Below are positions 24,166 to 34,860 of a DNA stretch of 64,000 nt, piece after piece; position 1 is the first letter of the stretch, and each line of letters begins with the position of its first letter. The stretch is from positions 64,140-128,139 of IMG/VR virus record IMGVR_UViG_3300032047_002388; one strand, written 5' to 3'. This DNA is from a virus. Made by a program: the position numbers and the translations under genes. The notes below the pieces were generated by a model. It saw only the letters and a program-made list of their open reading frames with translations. It was not told where the DNA came from and ran no database searches.

Positions 24166-25415
24166 TATACATTATAGATAAACCATACAATCAAGGGTTG
24201 TATGTACAATGGGTAGATATGTTAAAAGCAACTAATTTACCCTACGAATCAATTGTGATTGATAATTTAGAAATAGATATGAACTTTGATGAATATCTTT
24301 CAAAACAAAAACAAATTGATTATATCAACTCTAAGTGTAAACCAGAGGATACACTAATAATAGATTCATCATTTACAAGAAAAGCTAATGGTGAACACTT
24401 ACCATATCCTCAGTTGTATGAGTTTTCAAAAAAGTTAAATTCTGAAAATATTATTGTAATGCATCCCGATACTGGTTACAGTGCTAATGATGCATATAGT
24501 AAAAACAAATTAAAAATAATATCTCCAACATACTCTTTAAAAAATTGGAGTGATGATACAATAAAAGATTCTTACAATTTTTATTTGTTCAATGGTGGTT
24601 ATCAAGATATACGATGGTTATCTAAAATGGTTTTCCATAGATATGAACAAATGTTAAGAGCAAAGAAGTTTTTATCACATAATGGAGTATATAAAATACA
24701 GAGGACTCTAATTCAAAAAACATTAGAAGATAATGATTTAATGAAAGATTCTTTCTTCTCATATAATGCATACAATATCTTCGATGAAAATTGTAATCAT
24801 AACAAAGATTGGGAAATTGATTATAAAAACTTTACACAAATACTTTTTAATAGAGATGTGAATCCATCACTTAGATTAGATGAGTTCATCGAACAAGATA
24901 TAAAACCATATTATACTAACGAAGAACATGAAGCTCTCTTAAAACAACTGCCAGTGGTTTTAGATTATATTCCTAATTTATCCAATGTAGACCAATATGC
25001 ATTTACACTACCATACACTTCTAATTCGTATGTAGAAATAATTGGATGTACTAGTTTGAGTGGTGATGGAGATGAGATATATACATCTGAAAAAATATTT
25101 AAACCATTTATGGCTTTCTTAATACCAATCTTTATAGGTCAAAAAGGATTGATTGAAGTATTACAAAAACTTGGATTCAAATTAGATTTCGATGGGTTGA
25201 TAGATTTAAGTTATGATAAAATAGATTGTCATCTTACACGAACAAAGATGGCATTAGAAAACGTAAAAGAAATAGGAAAACTTTCCATAAAACAATTACA
25301 CAGCAGATATTGGAGATGTAGAGAAGATTTACAACACAATCAAGAATTAATGAAATCTTTATCTCATAGACAAGTAAGTGCTTTCAGAGAAATAATAAAC
25401 AAACAAGTTATATGA
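24162..25415 (+). CDS. Putative GT-B glycosyltransferase-like protein (GT10-like SEK..KP motif)
   Basis: KFLSHN...R, SEKIFKPF...PIFIG, LGFK and SYD; paralogous to 43828 and 49811. Confidence 0.5.
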   Translation: MIYIIDKPYNQGLYVQWVDMLKATNLPYESIVIDNLEIDMNFDEYLSKQKQIDYINSKCKPEDTLIIDSSFTRKANGEHLPYPQLYEFSKKLNSENIIVMHPDTGYSANDAYSKNKLKIISPTYSLKNWSDDTIKDSYNFYLFNGGYQDIRWLSKMVFHRYEQMLRAKKFLSHNGVYKIQRTLIQKTLEDNDLMKDSFFSYNAYNIFDENCNHNKDWEIDYKNFTQILFNRDVNPSLRLDEFIEQDIKPYYTNEEHEALLKQLPVVLDYIPNLSNVDQYAFTLPYTSNSYVEIIGCTSLSGDGDEIYTSEKIFKPFMAFLIPIFIGQKGLIEVLQKLGFKLDFDGLIDLSYDKIDCHLTRTKMALENVKEIGKLSIKQLHSRYWRCREDLQHNQELMKSLSHRQVSAFREIINKQVI

Positions 25416-28400
25416 TAATTAATAAAGTTTATCATTTGGCAGATTTACATATCAGAAATCTCCAAAGACACAAAGAATATAAAATCATATTCAAGAATTT
25501 TTTAAAACAAGTTAAAGAAGATAATATAGAGGATTCTCTCATCTATATTGCGGGTGATATTGCTCATGCCAAAACAGAGATGTCACCTGAACTTGTACAT
25601 GAAATAAGTTGGTTCTTATCAGAATGTGCAAAGTTAAGAGAGGTAGTATTAATCACAGGTAACCATGATTGTAACCTAAATAATTCCCATAGACTCGATG
25701 TACTCACACCTATTATCGAAAACCTTCGAAATAATCGAATTCATTATCTTCGTGATACTGGTGTCTATAATATCCATAATCTTACTTTCTGCGTTTATTC
25801 TATATTGGATAACAAGGAAAATTGGCCTAAAGGAGATACCATTGATGGAGAAAATAAAATCGTTTTATTTCATGGACCAGTAAACAAAGCCCAAACTGAT
25901 ATCGGCTATACCGTATCATCAAACTCATTTCATGTAGATATGTTTGATGGATTCGATATGGCCATGTTGGGTGATATTCATAAGAGACAAACGTTTGGTG
26001 AAGGATATGAGCACGTTGCATATGCTGGTTCTATGGTTCAACAAAATCATGGTGAGTTACTAGAGAATCATGGATACTTACTTTGGGATATTCCAACACG
26101 AACATTTACAGAACATCACATTCATAATGATTATGGGTTCTTAACTGTTGATGTAGTTGATGGTAAGATACCACAATGGGTTTATGATGAGATTGGTACA
26201 AAACTTCCAAAACACCCAAGATTACGTTTACGTTTCACTAAAACAGAAGCTAGTGATATGAAACGTTGTATTACTGAATTAAAGAAATTATTCAAGGTAC
26301 AAGAGGTTACAGTAACAAGAACTGATACAATAGGACAATTAAAAACAAACACTAAGATAAATAAAAATATTGTTGGTAATGTTAGAGAAGAGACCTTTCA
26401 GAATCAGTTAATCAGAGATTACCTACAAAGACAATATTTACTAGAACCAGAAGAACTAGATAAGATACAAGAAATAAATACAGAACTAAATTCTCAGTTC
26501 TCAAATCACGAATTTGCTGAAAACATTTTATGGACACCAAAGGATTTTCAGTTTTCTAATATGTTCTCATATGGTGAAAATAACCTAGTTAGATTCGATA
26601 GAGGACAAGGAATCATCGGAATCTTTGCACCAAACGCAAGTGGTAAATCATCGTTATTTGATGCACTCTGTTTCTGTATTTACGATAAAACATCTCGTAC
26701 TGCCTCATCAAAAAACATCCTAAACAATCGTAAGGATAAGTTCTATTGTAAGTTTAATTTTGAAATAGATGGTGTAAACTTCTATATTGAGAGAACTGCT
26801 AAATGGACACGAAGAGGTACTAATTTAAAAGTTGATGTAAACTTTTGGAAAGAAGATGCGGGTATAATCGAATCTCTTAATGGTGAACAACGTAGAGAAA
26901 CTAATAAGAATATTGAGAAGTATTTAGGTAAATTCGAGGACTTTGTACTAACAACACTTTCACTACAAGGTAACAACGCATTGTTCATTGATAAATCACA
27001 ATCGGAAAGAAAAGAAACTCTTTCTCAATTTATTGGTGTAGATATCTTCGATAAACTATATCAACTAGCAAGTGATGAAAACAGAGATAATGCAACACTT
27101 ATCAGAAAATTTAAGAGTGATGATTTCACTCAAAAACTTGCCGACATCGATACTCGATTAAAAGAAAACAAAAACGATTATAAACTTTTAGAGTTAAATC
27201 AAAAGGCATTAAACGAGGAGGATGAACTACTGAATAAACGACTTTTATCACTAAATGAGAAGATTGTTAAACTAAATTCTGATAGTGGTGTATCGATTGA
27301 AGAATTAGAAAAAAGATTAAATAATTTAAAAAATAAAAAAGAATCTGTTGAAAAACAGAAAACATCTCTACAAGAACGATTAGACCATAGAGAAAAATTA
27401 CACATAGATTTAGATGAAATTCTTGATAAATTTGATGAAGAAGATTTAGAAGAAGGAATCACAAAATTAAAAAGATTACAAACAGATTTAACGCATGTTG
27501 ATACAGAAATAGAAAAAGTTAACATTAAACTAGAATCTTTGTATGAAAGAAAACAACACCTAGATTCACATAAATACAATGAAGAATGTGATATTTGTAT
27601 GGAAAATTCTAAATCTATTTTAGAAACAAAATCAGAGGTAGAAACAAAAATAAAAGATGGTGAAGGTTATTTACAAGATTTTGAAAAACAAAAGTTAGAT
27701 TTGAATATCGAAATCGATTCTTTAAAAAGTTACGAAAAAGAGTGGGAAAACTTAAAAGAGGCAAAAGAAAAAGAAGATAAGATTGATAGAGAAATAAGTA
27801 CACTTATTAACAAGTTATCAACAACAGAAACCGAAGAATACAAGCTTCAATCACAAATCTCCCAGCAAGAGTATCTTGTACAAGAGTACTACAAACACGA
27901 AAAACAGATACAAAAGAACAAAGAAATACGAAATGATATATCTGGTGTTAGAGAAAAAATTACAATTGTAAAAGATGAACTTAAAGGATACAATACAGAT
28001 ATTCTAAAATTAAATGGTAAAATATCTGCACTTCAAAATCAAAAAGAAACAATCGAAGATAGGATAAATGAGGTTAAAAACCTTGAATCTCAAAGTAAGT
28101 TGTATGATTACTATTTAAATGCATTAAGTAGAGATGGTGTATCATATGAGTTGATTGAAAAGGCTTTACCTATGTTAGAAGGTGAAGTAAACAATATCTT
28201 AGGACAGATTGTAGATTTCGGAATGCAACTAGAAATCGATGGTAAGAACATTAATGCATATCTTGTGTATGGTGACCAAAGATGGAGTTTGGAAATGTGT
28301 AGTGGTATGGAAAGGTTTATTAGTGGTTTGGCAATCAGAGTTGCTCTAATCAACGTATGTAACCTTCCAAGACCAAATTTCCTTGTTATAGATGAAGGAT

Positions 28401-28570
28401 TTGGTACACTAGATAGTGAGAACCTACAATCCCTATTTATGTTATTTACATACCTCAAAACTCAATTTGATTTCGTAATGGTAATCTCACACATTGACTC
28501 GATGAGAGACGTAGTTGATGATTTAGTAGAGATTAAGAAAGAAAAAGGGTTCTCAAACGTTAAGTATTAA
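25412..28570 (+). CDS. Fused Mre11(SbcD/gp47)-Rad50(SbcC/gp46) nuclease-ATPase
   Basis: ADLH, GDIAH, GNHD, FHG and GDIH phosphoesterase motifs; Walker A PNASGKS; coiled coil with CDIC zinc hook; CSGME signature; IDEGFGTLD; ISH. Confidence 0.93.
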   Translation: MIINKVYHLADLHIRNLQRHKEYKIIFKNFLKQVKEDNIEDSLIYIAGDIAHAKTEMSPELVHEISWFLSECAKLREVVLITGNHDCNLNNSHRLDVLTPIIENLRNNRIHYLRDTGVYNIHNLTFCVYSILDNKENWPKGDTIDGENKIVLFHGPVNKAQTDIGYTVSSNSFHVDMFDGFDMAMLGDIHKRQTFGEGYEHVAYAGSMVQQNHGELLENHGYLLWDIPTRTFTEHHIHNDYGFLTVDVVDGKIPQWVYDEIGTKLPKHPRLRLRFTKTEASDMKRCITELKKLFKVQEVTVTRTDTIGQLKTNTKINKNIVGNVREETFQNQLIRDYLQRQYLLEPEELDKIQEINTELNSQFSNHEFAENILWTPKDFQFSNMFSYGENNLVRFDRGQGIIGIFAPNASGKSSLFDALCFCIYDKTSRTASSKNILNNRKDKFYCKFNFEIDGVNFYIERTAKWTRRGTNLKVDVNFWKEDAGIIESLNGEQRRETNKNIEKYLGKFEDFVLTTLSLQGNNALFIDKSQSERKETLSQFIGVDIFDKLYQLASDENRDNATLIRKFKSDDFTQKLADIDTRLKENKNDYKLLELNQKALNEEDELLNKRLLSLNEKIVKLNSDSGVSIEELEKRLNNLKNKKESVEKQKTSLQERLDHREKLHIDLDEILDKFDEEDLEEGITKLKRLQTDLTHVDTEIEKVNIKLESLYERKQHLDSHKYNEECDICMENSKSILETKSEVETKIKDGEGYLQDFEKQKLDLNIEIDSLKSYEKEWENLKEAKEKEDKIDREISTLINKLSTTETEEYKLQSQISQQEYLVQEYYKHEKQIQKNKEIRNDISGVREKITIVKDELKGYNTDILKLNGKISALQNQKETIEDRINEVKNLESQSKLYDYYLNALSRDGVSYELIEKALPMLEGEVNNILGQIVDFGMQLEIDGKNINAYLVYGDQRWSLEMCSGMERFISGLAIRVALINVCNLPRPNFLVIDEGFGTLDSENLQSLFMLFTYLKTQFDFVMVISHIDSMRDVVDDLVEIKKEKGFSNVKY

Positions 28571-28724
28571 CTCGTAACACATTAGTGTTAGGTAGAGGTT
28601 TTTTAACCTTATCTTTGATTAGTTTTTCAACCAACCCACTTTTTGAGTATCCATGTTCCGCACAATAATCATTCAACAATTTTAGTGTTTCTTTGGTAAT
28701 TTGTATTGTAGAATATTTTCCCAT
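28560..28724 (-). CDS. Ribbon-helix-helix DNA-binding protein (54 aa)
   Basis: MGKYSTIQITKETLKLLNDYCAEHGYSKSGLVEKLI fits the RHH pattern. The ATG at 28724 is preferred over the longer ORF call. Confidence 0.7.
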   Translation of the reverse strand: MGKYSTIQITKETLKLLNDYCAEHGYSKSGLVEKLIKDKVKKPLPNTNVLRVNT

Positions 28725-28765
28725 AGGTTTCCATAGAATATATATACAATTTCTCAAAACCACCA

Positions 28766-28773
28766 TATTTATT
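28766..28773 (+). promoter_or_regulatory. Late promoter variant TATTTATT
   Basis: One mismatch to the recurrent motif, 5 nt before ATG 28779. Confidence 0.55.
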
Positions 28774-28778
28774 GCTGT

Positions 28779-31700
28779 ATGGCTATAATCAAAAAATTTT
28801 CATCACTAGAGAATTTGAGTAGATATGGTGTATTTTTGAATGATACCAATCCAAACTCAGATTACTTTAGAATTACAGAATTAGGAGAAAATCTTACTGG
28901 TGGTAAGAATGGTTTCCTTATAGAAGGTTCTGAATGTCTTAAAGAAACTACTGATATAAAAATTGAAATATTGGATGTAAATGGTAATCCAGTATATTTC
29001 GAACCAGGTCAAGGTATTCCTCAATATTACGAAGGATTATCTAAAGTAGTAGGAATTTATGTTTACGAAGATACCCCAATCGGACTTGGTAAAATTACTA
29101 TTCTCGGTGAATTAAAATCATATTTTGATAAAAACGATGCAGGAAATAAACTTGATATACCTGAGGAATGGAGGGGTGTATATAATGTTAAGTGGGAACG
29201 AACAATAAACATAAATAAAAATCTTGCAAACGAAACTAGAGTTCGTTTTTACAAAAGACCAAAGATTTCCATAGAAGAAATTTCCAAACCTATTTTTACA
29301 AAAACAATTCCAATTGCAATCCATTCTGGTAGTATTGAAGGACAAGCATTTACTCCACCAGAAGGTCAAGATTATAATTCTTATGCAGGTGGAGTATTAT
29401 ATAAATTGATTCATGATGGAGGGCCTTTGTTTAGTTCCTCTATGGATGAAACTCAATTATTTATTGAAGATTTAAATTTTAATCCAACTGTAAAAGAAGT
29501 ATTAAGTGAAACAGAATTATTAGTTGATTCTGCATATACAAGTTCAGATGGAACAGTTAGTGGGTTTGGTCCAAAAGCATACAATACTTCATTTGAAAAT
29601 AACGATGGAGTAGTTACAGTTGAATCGGCATTGACTGGTTCATTTGCAAAAATAAAACTTACAAACTTAAAAACTTTTGTTGGAGATGTTGCAAGAGTAA
29701 AAGTATTTAGAAAATCAAGAAACGAAGCTGGTGATTTTACATTAGTACAAGAACAAAAATTAGAATCAACTGAGTTGTTAAAAGATATAACAACCCAAAC
29801 AGATACAGAATTATCATATGGAATATTCAATGATTACAACTTAAGTAATTATTGGATTACATCATCCAACTCACCAGTTACAGTTAATAACACACAACTT
29901 CTTAATTCTATAAAAGTAGATTATGTAGGAAGTGGTACACAATTAATTTATACATCAGAATCAATTGAAGTTGGTAGTGATATAGAATATAACTTATCAT
30001 TCAAAACTAAATTGAGTGGTTCTGCAAGTGATTCTAAACAAATAAACGCATATCTAAGTTCATCTGAATTTACACAATCAATCGTAACAGTTAGTGGTTC
30101 TAATGATACACTTCAAAAATTTGATGTTAATAAAAATATTATATCAACAAATTCAGGTAGTGCAAGATTAGTATTTGAGGTAAATGGAGATGATTGGTAC
30201 ATATCAAATGTATCATTTAGAAATGCAGAAGAAACTGCGTTTTCACCTGATGAGTTTACATTAGTACAACAAGTACCTAGAAAACTTGATTCTGAGTTTT
30301 TTGATTTTAAATTTGAGTTCTATGATATAAACAATAACTTTATACCAGTAGAAATCGGTACATCAAAAGAATTTAGTGGAGGTAATTTAACAACAACATC
30401 AAATGTTAGATTGTTAGAATTTGAAACTGATAGAACTGCATTTAGATTTTCAAGTGGTTCATTAGGTAATCCACCATTTCAACAATCAAGATTTAGAGTA
30501 ACATCAAATGGATTGACAGGTTCAATTACGTTTGCATCTGCTGCGTTTGATAAAAATGGTGTTTATATAGACCCATCATCTTATGGTGGAGATTATCCAG
30601 GTGGATTAACAAGTAACAACGTTTTAACGTTAGCATCTTTTAGTGGTTCTGATGATGGAGTTATCGTAGGTTCGATTACTTATACTGCATCAATTGAAGA
30701 TAAAGAAGAAATAGAAACAATAACAAGATTTGAAGATGGTGAACCTGCATCGGCACTTATTGTAACATCAAATCAAAATCAGTTCTTTTACAAAGCAACT
30801 GATTTATCAGTAGAACCAAGTGGACAACAGATACAGATTCAAGCACAAAGAAAAAATCTTGCATCTGATACAACAACAATTACAGTAAATAGTGGAAGTG
30901 GTAAGCCTGGTCTTACACAAGGTTCAACTGTAAATGGTATAACTTCATTTACTTTAAATGCAAGTGATTATTCATTTGGGACAGGAAATACTACATATGA
31001 GTTCAGCGGTTCAGATGAATTCGGTTCACAATTTGTAGATAGAATATCAATAGCACCAGTCAAAAAATTCGATGGTGTTTCATTACAACTTACAAATAAC
31101 AATCAAACTTTTAACGCAACTTCACAAAGTGCTGTATCTTCGTTAGAACAGAGTAGTGGTTCAGTAACATTTAGAATAGGTACAGAACTTATTCAATTCC
31201 AAAATGGATTATCATCAAATAATAGATTTGATATTGCAGGAATTACTGGTTCTGGTTGTGTACCAACTAGTACAACTCCAAGTAAAAATGAATACTCACT
31301 TTCTTCATTTAATTCAGATAGTGGTTCGTTAACAATTAACATTGATTATAAAGATGGTAGTGGAGATATATCAGAATTTCAACAAATTGTAAATTACACA
31401 AAAGCGGTTGCAGGTGTTACAGGACAAGATGGACAAGATGGACAAGATGGTGAAGATGGACAAGATGGAACTAACGGCCCACCTGGACCTGGTGTAACAT
31501 ATAGAGGATTGTGGAGTGTACTAACAGAATATGTTTCATCATCATTAAGAAGGGATGTTGTAGAGGGTACTGATGGAAGTTATTACTTGGCAAAATCATC
31601 ACACACTGCAAGTAATCTAAATCAAAGACCAGTTGATGGTGGTTCATATACAACATATTGGGAATCATTTGGTGCAGAATTTAGTTCAGTAGCAACTGAT

Positions 31701-34700
31701 ATTTTATTTTCTCAAGATGTTTATGCAAACAGAACTGTAAACATAGGTTCGAGTGGTTCTGGTCACCCAGTCATAGCATTGAACGCAGATAGTTCAAATG
31801 CAGGAACGGGTCAAGACCCATATATTGCAATTGGAGGAATTACTCAATATGCTGCTAACAATGGAATTTTTATTGGATATGATGGTGGGGATAAAAAATT
31901 AAGTTTAAAAGGTGGTGCATCTGATGGATTCCTTACATGGGATGGTAGTAGTCTAAACATACAAGGTTCAATTAATATAACAGGTGGTGCAACTGCAGAT
32001 TCTTTATCTGCATTAAATTCAGAAACAAGTTCACTACAAAGTGGTGTAAATAATTCTATATTGAGTGGTTCAGCAGCTGCATCGGCAGCTCAAACAAACG
32101 CTCAAAGTTTCGCTAGTACTGCAGCAGCTAACTCTGTAACAAGTGGTTCAAACGCAGCATCAACCGCTCAATCAAACGCTCAAAACTTTGCTAGTACCGC
32201 AGCAGGAAACGCAGCAACTTCGGCATCAAATGCTCAATCAACCGCGAATACGGCTCAATCAACTGCCAATTCTGCATTAACCGCAGCAGCAAGTAGTGGT
32301 TCGGTAGACCCAACAACACAAAGAGTAACTAAAAACGCATCACCGAGTGGAGCTGGATTATATTTCGGTGCAAATAATTTAGGATATTATAATTCATCCG
32401 ATTGGAAAGCTTATTTAAGTTCGAGTGGTGAATTCTTTTTAGGTAGTCCTTCAGATTCAAACTATTTAGAATGGAATGGAAGTTCTTTAAATATTGCTGG
32501 TTCAATTACGATTACTGCTGGACCAACTGCAGCTCAACTAAGTTCTCTGAATAGTGCAACTAGTTCTTTATCTAGTGATATCAGTACAGCTCAAACAAAC
32601 GCTCAAAACTTTGCAAGTACCGCAGCAGCTAATTCTGTAACAAGTGGTTCAAATGCAGCATCAACTGCCCAAACAAACGCCCAAAACTTTGCAAGTACCG
32701 CAGCAGCTAATTCTGTAACAAGTGGTTCAAATGCAGCATCAACCGCTCAATCAAACGCTCAAAACTTTGCTAGTACGGCAGCAGGAAATGCTGCAACTTC
32801 GGCATCAAATGCTCAATCAACCGCAAATACTGCAAATAGTTTAGCAACTAACGCCAGTTCATCCGCGGGAACTGCACTTCAAAACGCAGCAACTGCTTTA
32901 TCAACCGCTAACACTAACGCTGGTTTAATACCGAATACTTCTACCGGTCTTATTGATTTCTCACCAACTCCAAGTGGAGCTGGATTATATTTCGGTGCAA
33001 ATAATATAGGATATTATGCATCAGGTAATTGGGATGCATTCCTATCATCTAGTGGAGCATTTTATTTAGGTGGAGAAGATGGGGCATTACAATGGAATGG
33101 TAGTAATTTAACAATCTCAGGAGATGGTACATTCACTGGAACTCTATCTGGTGGTACTGTGGTTGGAGGTACAATGTTCGTGCCTAGTGCAACTAATCCA
33201 AAATTCCAAGTAGATGCAGATGGGATTGTTACAGCTGATGAAGCAAAAATAGAAGGTGAAATAACTGCATCTGCTGGTTTAATAGGTAGTTGGAAAATTG
33301 ATGATGTAAATGTGGGTGGTTCGTTAAAAGATTCCGAAGGTAGAATGGTTTTAAACCCAACAGATAAAAAAATACAATTGTATAATTCTTCTTTGGAATT
33401 AAAAGCACAGATTAATTCCGATGATAGTTTAACATCACCAGGTTTAGGAAATATTTACATTGCTAGTTATTACAATAACCAACCAGGTAGTACATTGAAT
33501 AATCCAAGTGGTCCAACATCCTCAACTACTTCAACTTCACTTCAAAGTGGAACACCTACCTATACTACTAATGATGGTGAATTTACTGTTAGTGGTTCTA
33601 ATGGTGGTGATTATCAGTTATCAGGTCTTGATACAATACCAACATGGGGATATGGAAGTAGTGTGGCGATTGTAAGTGAAACTATATCATCAGGTACTGG
33701 TAATCCATCTGGTAATCTTACACCAAACATGGGCCCTAGCACAATTTATCAATCTGGTGTTACTTATAAACAATCATATGATTACATTTATTTAGTTATA
33801 GAAAAAACTTCTGATAATTCAGAAGTTGCAGAAATATTTCTTGGATATGCATATGCTAGAAGTGGATATTCAATTAGTAATTATTATCAAGCAACTGGTA
33901 CTGGTATATATGATTGGCAATACAACAGTGGTTATTCAGTTTCCGGTCATAGAGGTCTATATACAGTAAACACACCAATCACAACTACTGTAACTCTTGA
34001 AAATAATACCACTTATAGAGTAAGATATAAAAGATTTATAAAAAATAGTTCAGGTAGAAAATCATATTTAAATGGTAGTAGTTATACACCAACAAATACT
34101 TATTATACTCATAATACTGGTGGGACTAATGCTATTTATTCAGGTCTTGATGAAACTTTTCAATTGAACCAACCATCAAACTTTGTTGAAATATCAGGTG
34201 GAGGAATTCAAGCAGTAACAAACTCAGACCAGTTTGTAAAAATGTTTAGAGTATCACCTGGTACTTATTCATCTACTTTATTTCAAGTAAGAGGTGGTCA
34301 AACCATGTTAAGTAGTGATAGTGATACAGAAACTAATTTATATTCTCATACTGGTAGGAATCTTTTAGTTGGTAGAAACACATTAGGATATAGTTGGTAT
34401 GGTGGTGATTTTTATAACCCACTAGCTAATAATCACAATAGTAATATAATGAAGGGTATTGTTATGCAATCAGATACCAGTGAATCTCCTGGCTCATCTA
34501 GTTCACCCAAAAACCTTGCATACAATATTGCACAAGGATATATGCATATATGGTTACAGCATAGTAGTAGTACGAATAGGTATTATGAATTACCAAATCA
34601 ATTAGATGGTGGTACTTATAATCCTGCATCAACAATTTATATACCAGTAGGATATCAATTGTGGTTGTTTAACGAATCAGATGGTGATAGTGTATTTGTA

Positions 34701-34859
34701 AGAGGGTTATTACATGGTGCTAGTAGTAGTAATAATTACCACACACTACAAGGTGGTGGTGCTTTACTATGTGTATATATGGGAAGTTCTAGTGCACAAG
34801 ACCCTACCGAAAGCCACAAATGGATAGTTTACTCAGAATACGATAATACTTGGAGTTAA
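28779..34859 (+). CDS. Long tail fibre / receptor-binding protein
   Basis: 2026 aa with collagen-like G-X-Y triplets, Ala/Ser/Asn coiled-coil repeats and duplicated beta modules, followed by a fibre-assembly chaperone gene. Confidence 0.75.
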   Translation: MAIIKKFSSLENLSRYGVFLNDTNPNSDYFRITELGENLTGGKNGFLIEGSECLKETTDIKIEILDVNGNPVYFEPGQGIPQYYEGLSKVVGIYVYEDTPIGLGKITILGELKSYFDKNDAGNKLDIPEEWRGVYNVKWERTININKNLANETRVRFYKRPKISIEEISKPIFTKTIPIAIHSGSIEGQAFTPPEGQDYNSYAGGVLYKLIHDGGPLFSSSMDETQLFIEDLNFNPTVKEVLSETELLVDSAYTSSDGTVSGFGPKAYNTSFENNDGVVTVESALTGSFAKIKLTNLKTFVGDVARVKVFRKSRNEAGDFTLVQEQKLESTELLKDITTQTDTELSYGIFNDYNLSNYWITSSNSPVTVNNTQLLNSIKVDYVGSGTQLIYTSESIEVGSDIEYNLSFKTKLSGSASDSKQINAYLSSSEFTQSIVTVSGSNDTLQKFDVNKNIISTNSGSARLVFEVNGDDWYISNVSFRNAEETAFSPDEFTLVQQVPRKLDSEFFDFKFEFYDINNNFIPVEIGTSKEFSGGNLTTTSNVRLLEFETDRTAFRFSSGSLGNPPFQQSRFRVTSNGLTGSITFASAAFDKNGVYIDPSSYGGDYPGGLTSNNVLTLASFSGSDDGVIVGSITYTASIEDKEEIETITRFEDGEPASALIVTSNQNQFFYKATDLSVEPSGQQIQIQAQRKNLASDTTTITVNSGSGKPGLTQGSTVNGITSFTLNASDYSFGTGNTTYEFSGSDEFGSQFVDRISIAPVKKFDGVSLQLTNNNQTFNATSQSAVSSLEQSSGSVTFRIGTELIQFQNGLSSNNRFDIAGITGSGCVPTSTTPSKNEYSLSSFNSDSGSLTINIDYKDGSGDISEFQQIVNYTKAVAGVTGQDGQDGQDGEDGQDGTNGPPGPGVTYRGLWSVLTEYVSSSLRRDVVEGTDGSYYLAKSSHTASNLNQRPVDGGSYTTYWESFGAEFSSVATDILFSQDVYANRTVNIGSSGSGHPVIALNADSSNAGTGQDPYIAIGGITQYAANNGIFIGYDGGDKKLSLKGGASDGFLTWDGSSLNIQGSINITGGATADSLSALNSETSSLQSGVNNSILSGSAAASAAQTNAQSFASTAAANSVTSGSNAASTAQSNAQNFASTAAGNAATSASNAQSTANTAQSTANSALTAAASSGSVDPTTQRVTKNASPSGAGLYFGANNLGYYNSSDWKAYLSSSGEFFLGSPSDSNYLEWNGSSLNIAGSITITAGPTAAQLSSLNSATSSLSSDISTAQTNAQNFASTAAANSVTSGSNAASTAQTNAQNFASTAAANSVTSGSNAASTAQSNAQNFASTAAGNAATSASNAQSTANTANSLATNASSSAGTALQNAATALSTANTNAGLIPNTSTGLIDFSPTPSGAGLYFGANNIGYYASGNWDAFLSSSGAFYLGGEDGALQWNGSNLTISGDGTFTGTLSGGTVVGGTMFVPSATNPKFQVDADGIVTADEAKIEGEITASAGLIGSWKIDDVNVGGSLKDSEGRMVLNPTDKKIQLYNSSLELKAQINSDDSLTSPGLGNIYIASYYNNQPGSTLNNPSGPTSSTTSTSLQSGTPTYTTNDGEFTVSGSNGGDYQLSGLDTIPTWGYGSSVAIVSETISSGTGNPSGNLTPNMGPSTIYQSGVTYKQSYDYIYLVIEKTSDNSEVAEIFLGYAYARSGYSISNYYQATGTGIYDWQYNSGYSVSGHRGLYTVNTPITTTVTLENNTTYRVRYKRFIKNSSGRKSYLNGSSYTPTNTYYTHNTGGTNAIYSGLDETFQLNQPSNFVEISGGGIQAVTNSDQFVKMFRVSPGTYSSTLFQVRGGQTMLSSDSDTETNLYSHTGRNLLVGRNTLGYSWYGGDFYNPLANNHNSNIMKGIVMQSDTSESPGSSSSPKNLAYNIAQGYMHIWLQHSSSTNRYYELPNQLDGGTYNPASTIYIPVGYQLWLFNESDGDSVFVRGLLHGASSSNNYHTLQGGGALLCVYMGSSSAQDPTESHKWIVYSEYDNTWS
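31422..31493 (+). repeat. 9-nt GGACAAGAT repeats encoding collagen-like GQD triplets
   Basis: GQDGQDGQDGEDGQDGTNGPPGPG. Confidence 0.9.
32088..32830 (+). repeat. Intragenic 78-nt-period direct repeats (AQTNAQNFASTAAANSVTSGSNAAST)
   Basis: Near-identical DNA blocks at about 32088-32246 and 32589-32830. Confidence 0.9.
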
Positions 34860-34860
34860 T

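Noticed and set aside
32088-33130. Diversity-generating retroelement TR/VR pair or CRISPR array
   Set aside because: The repeats are in-frame coding duplications with mostly synonymous differences. There is no adenine-specific pattern, no spacers, and no reverse transcriptase or cas gene in the window.
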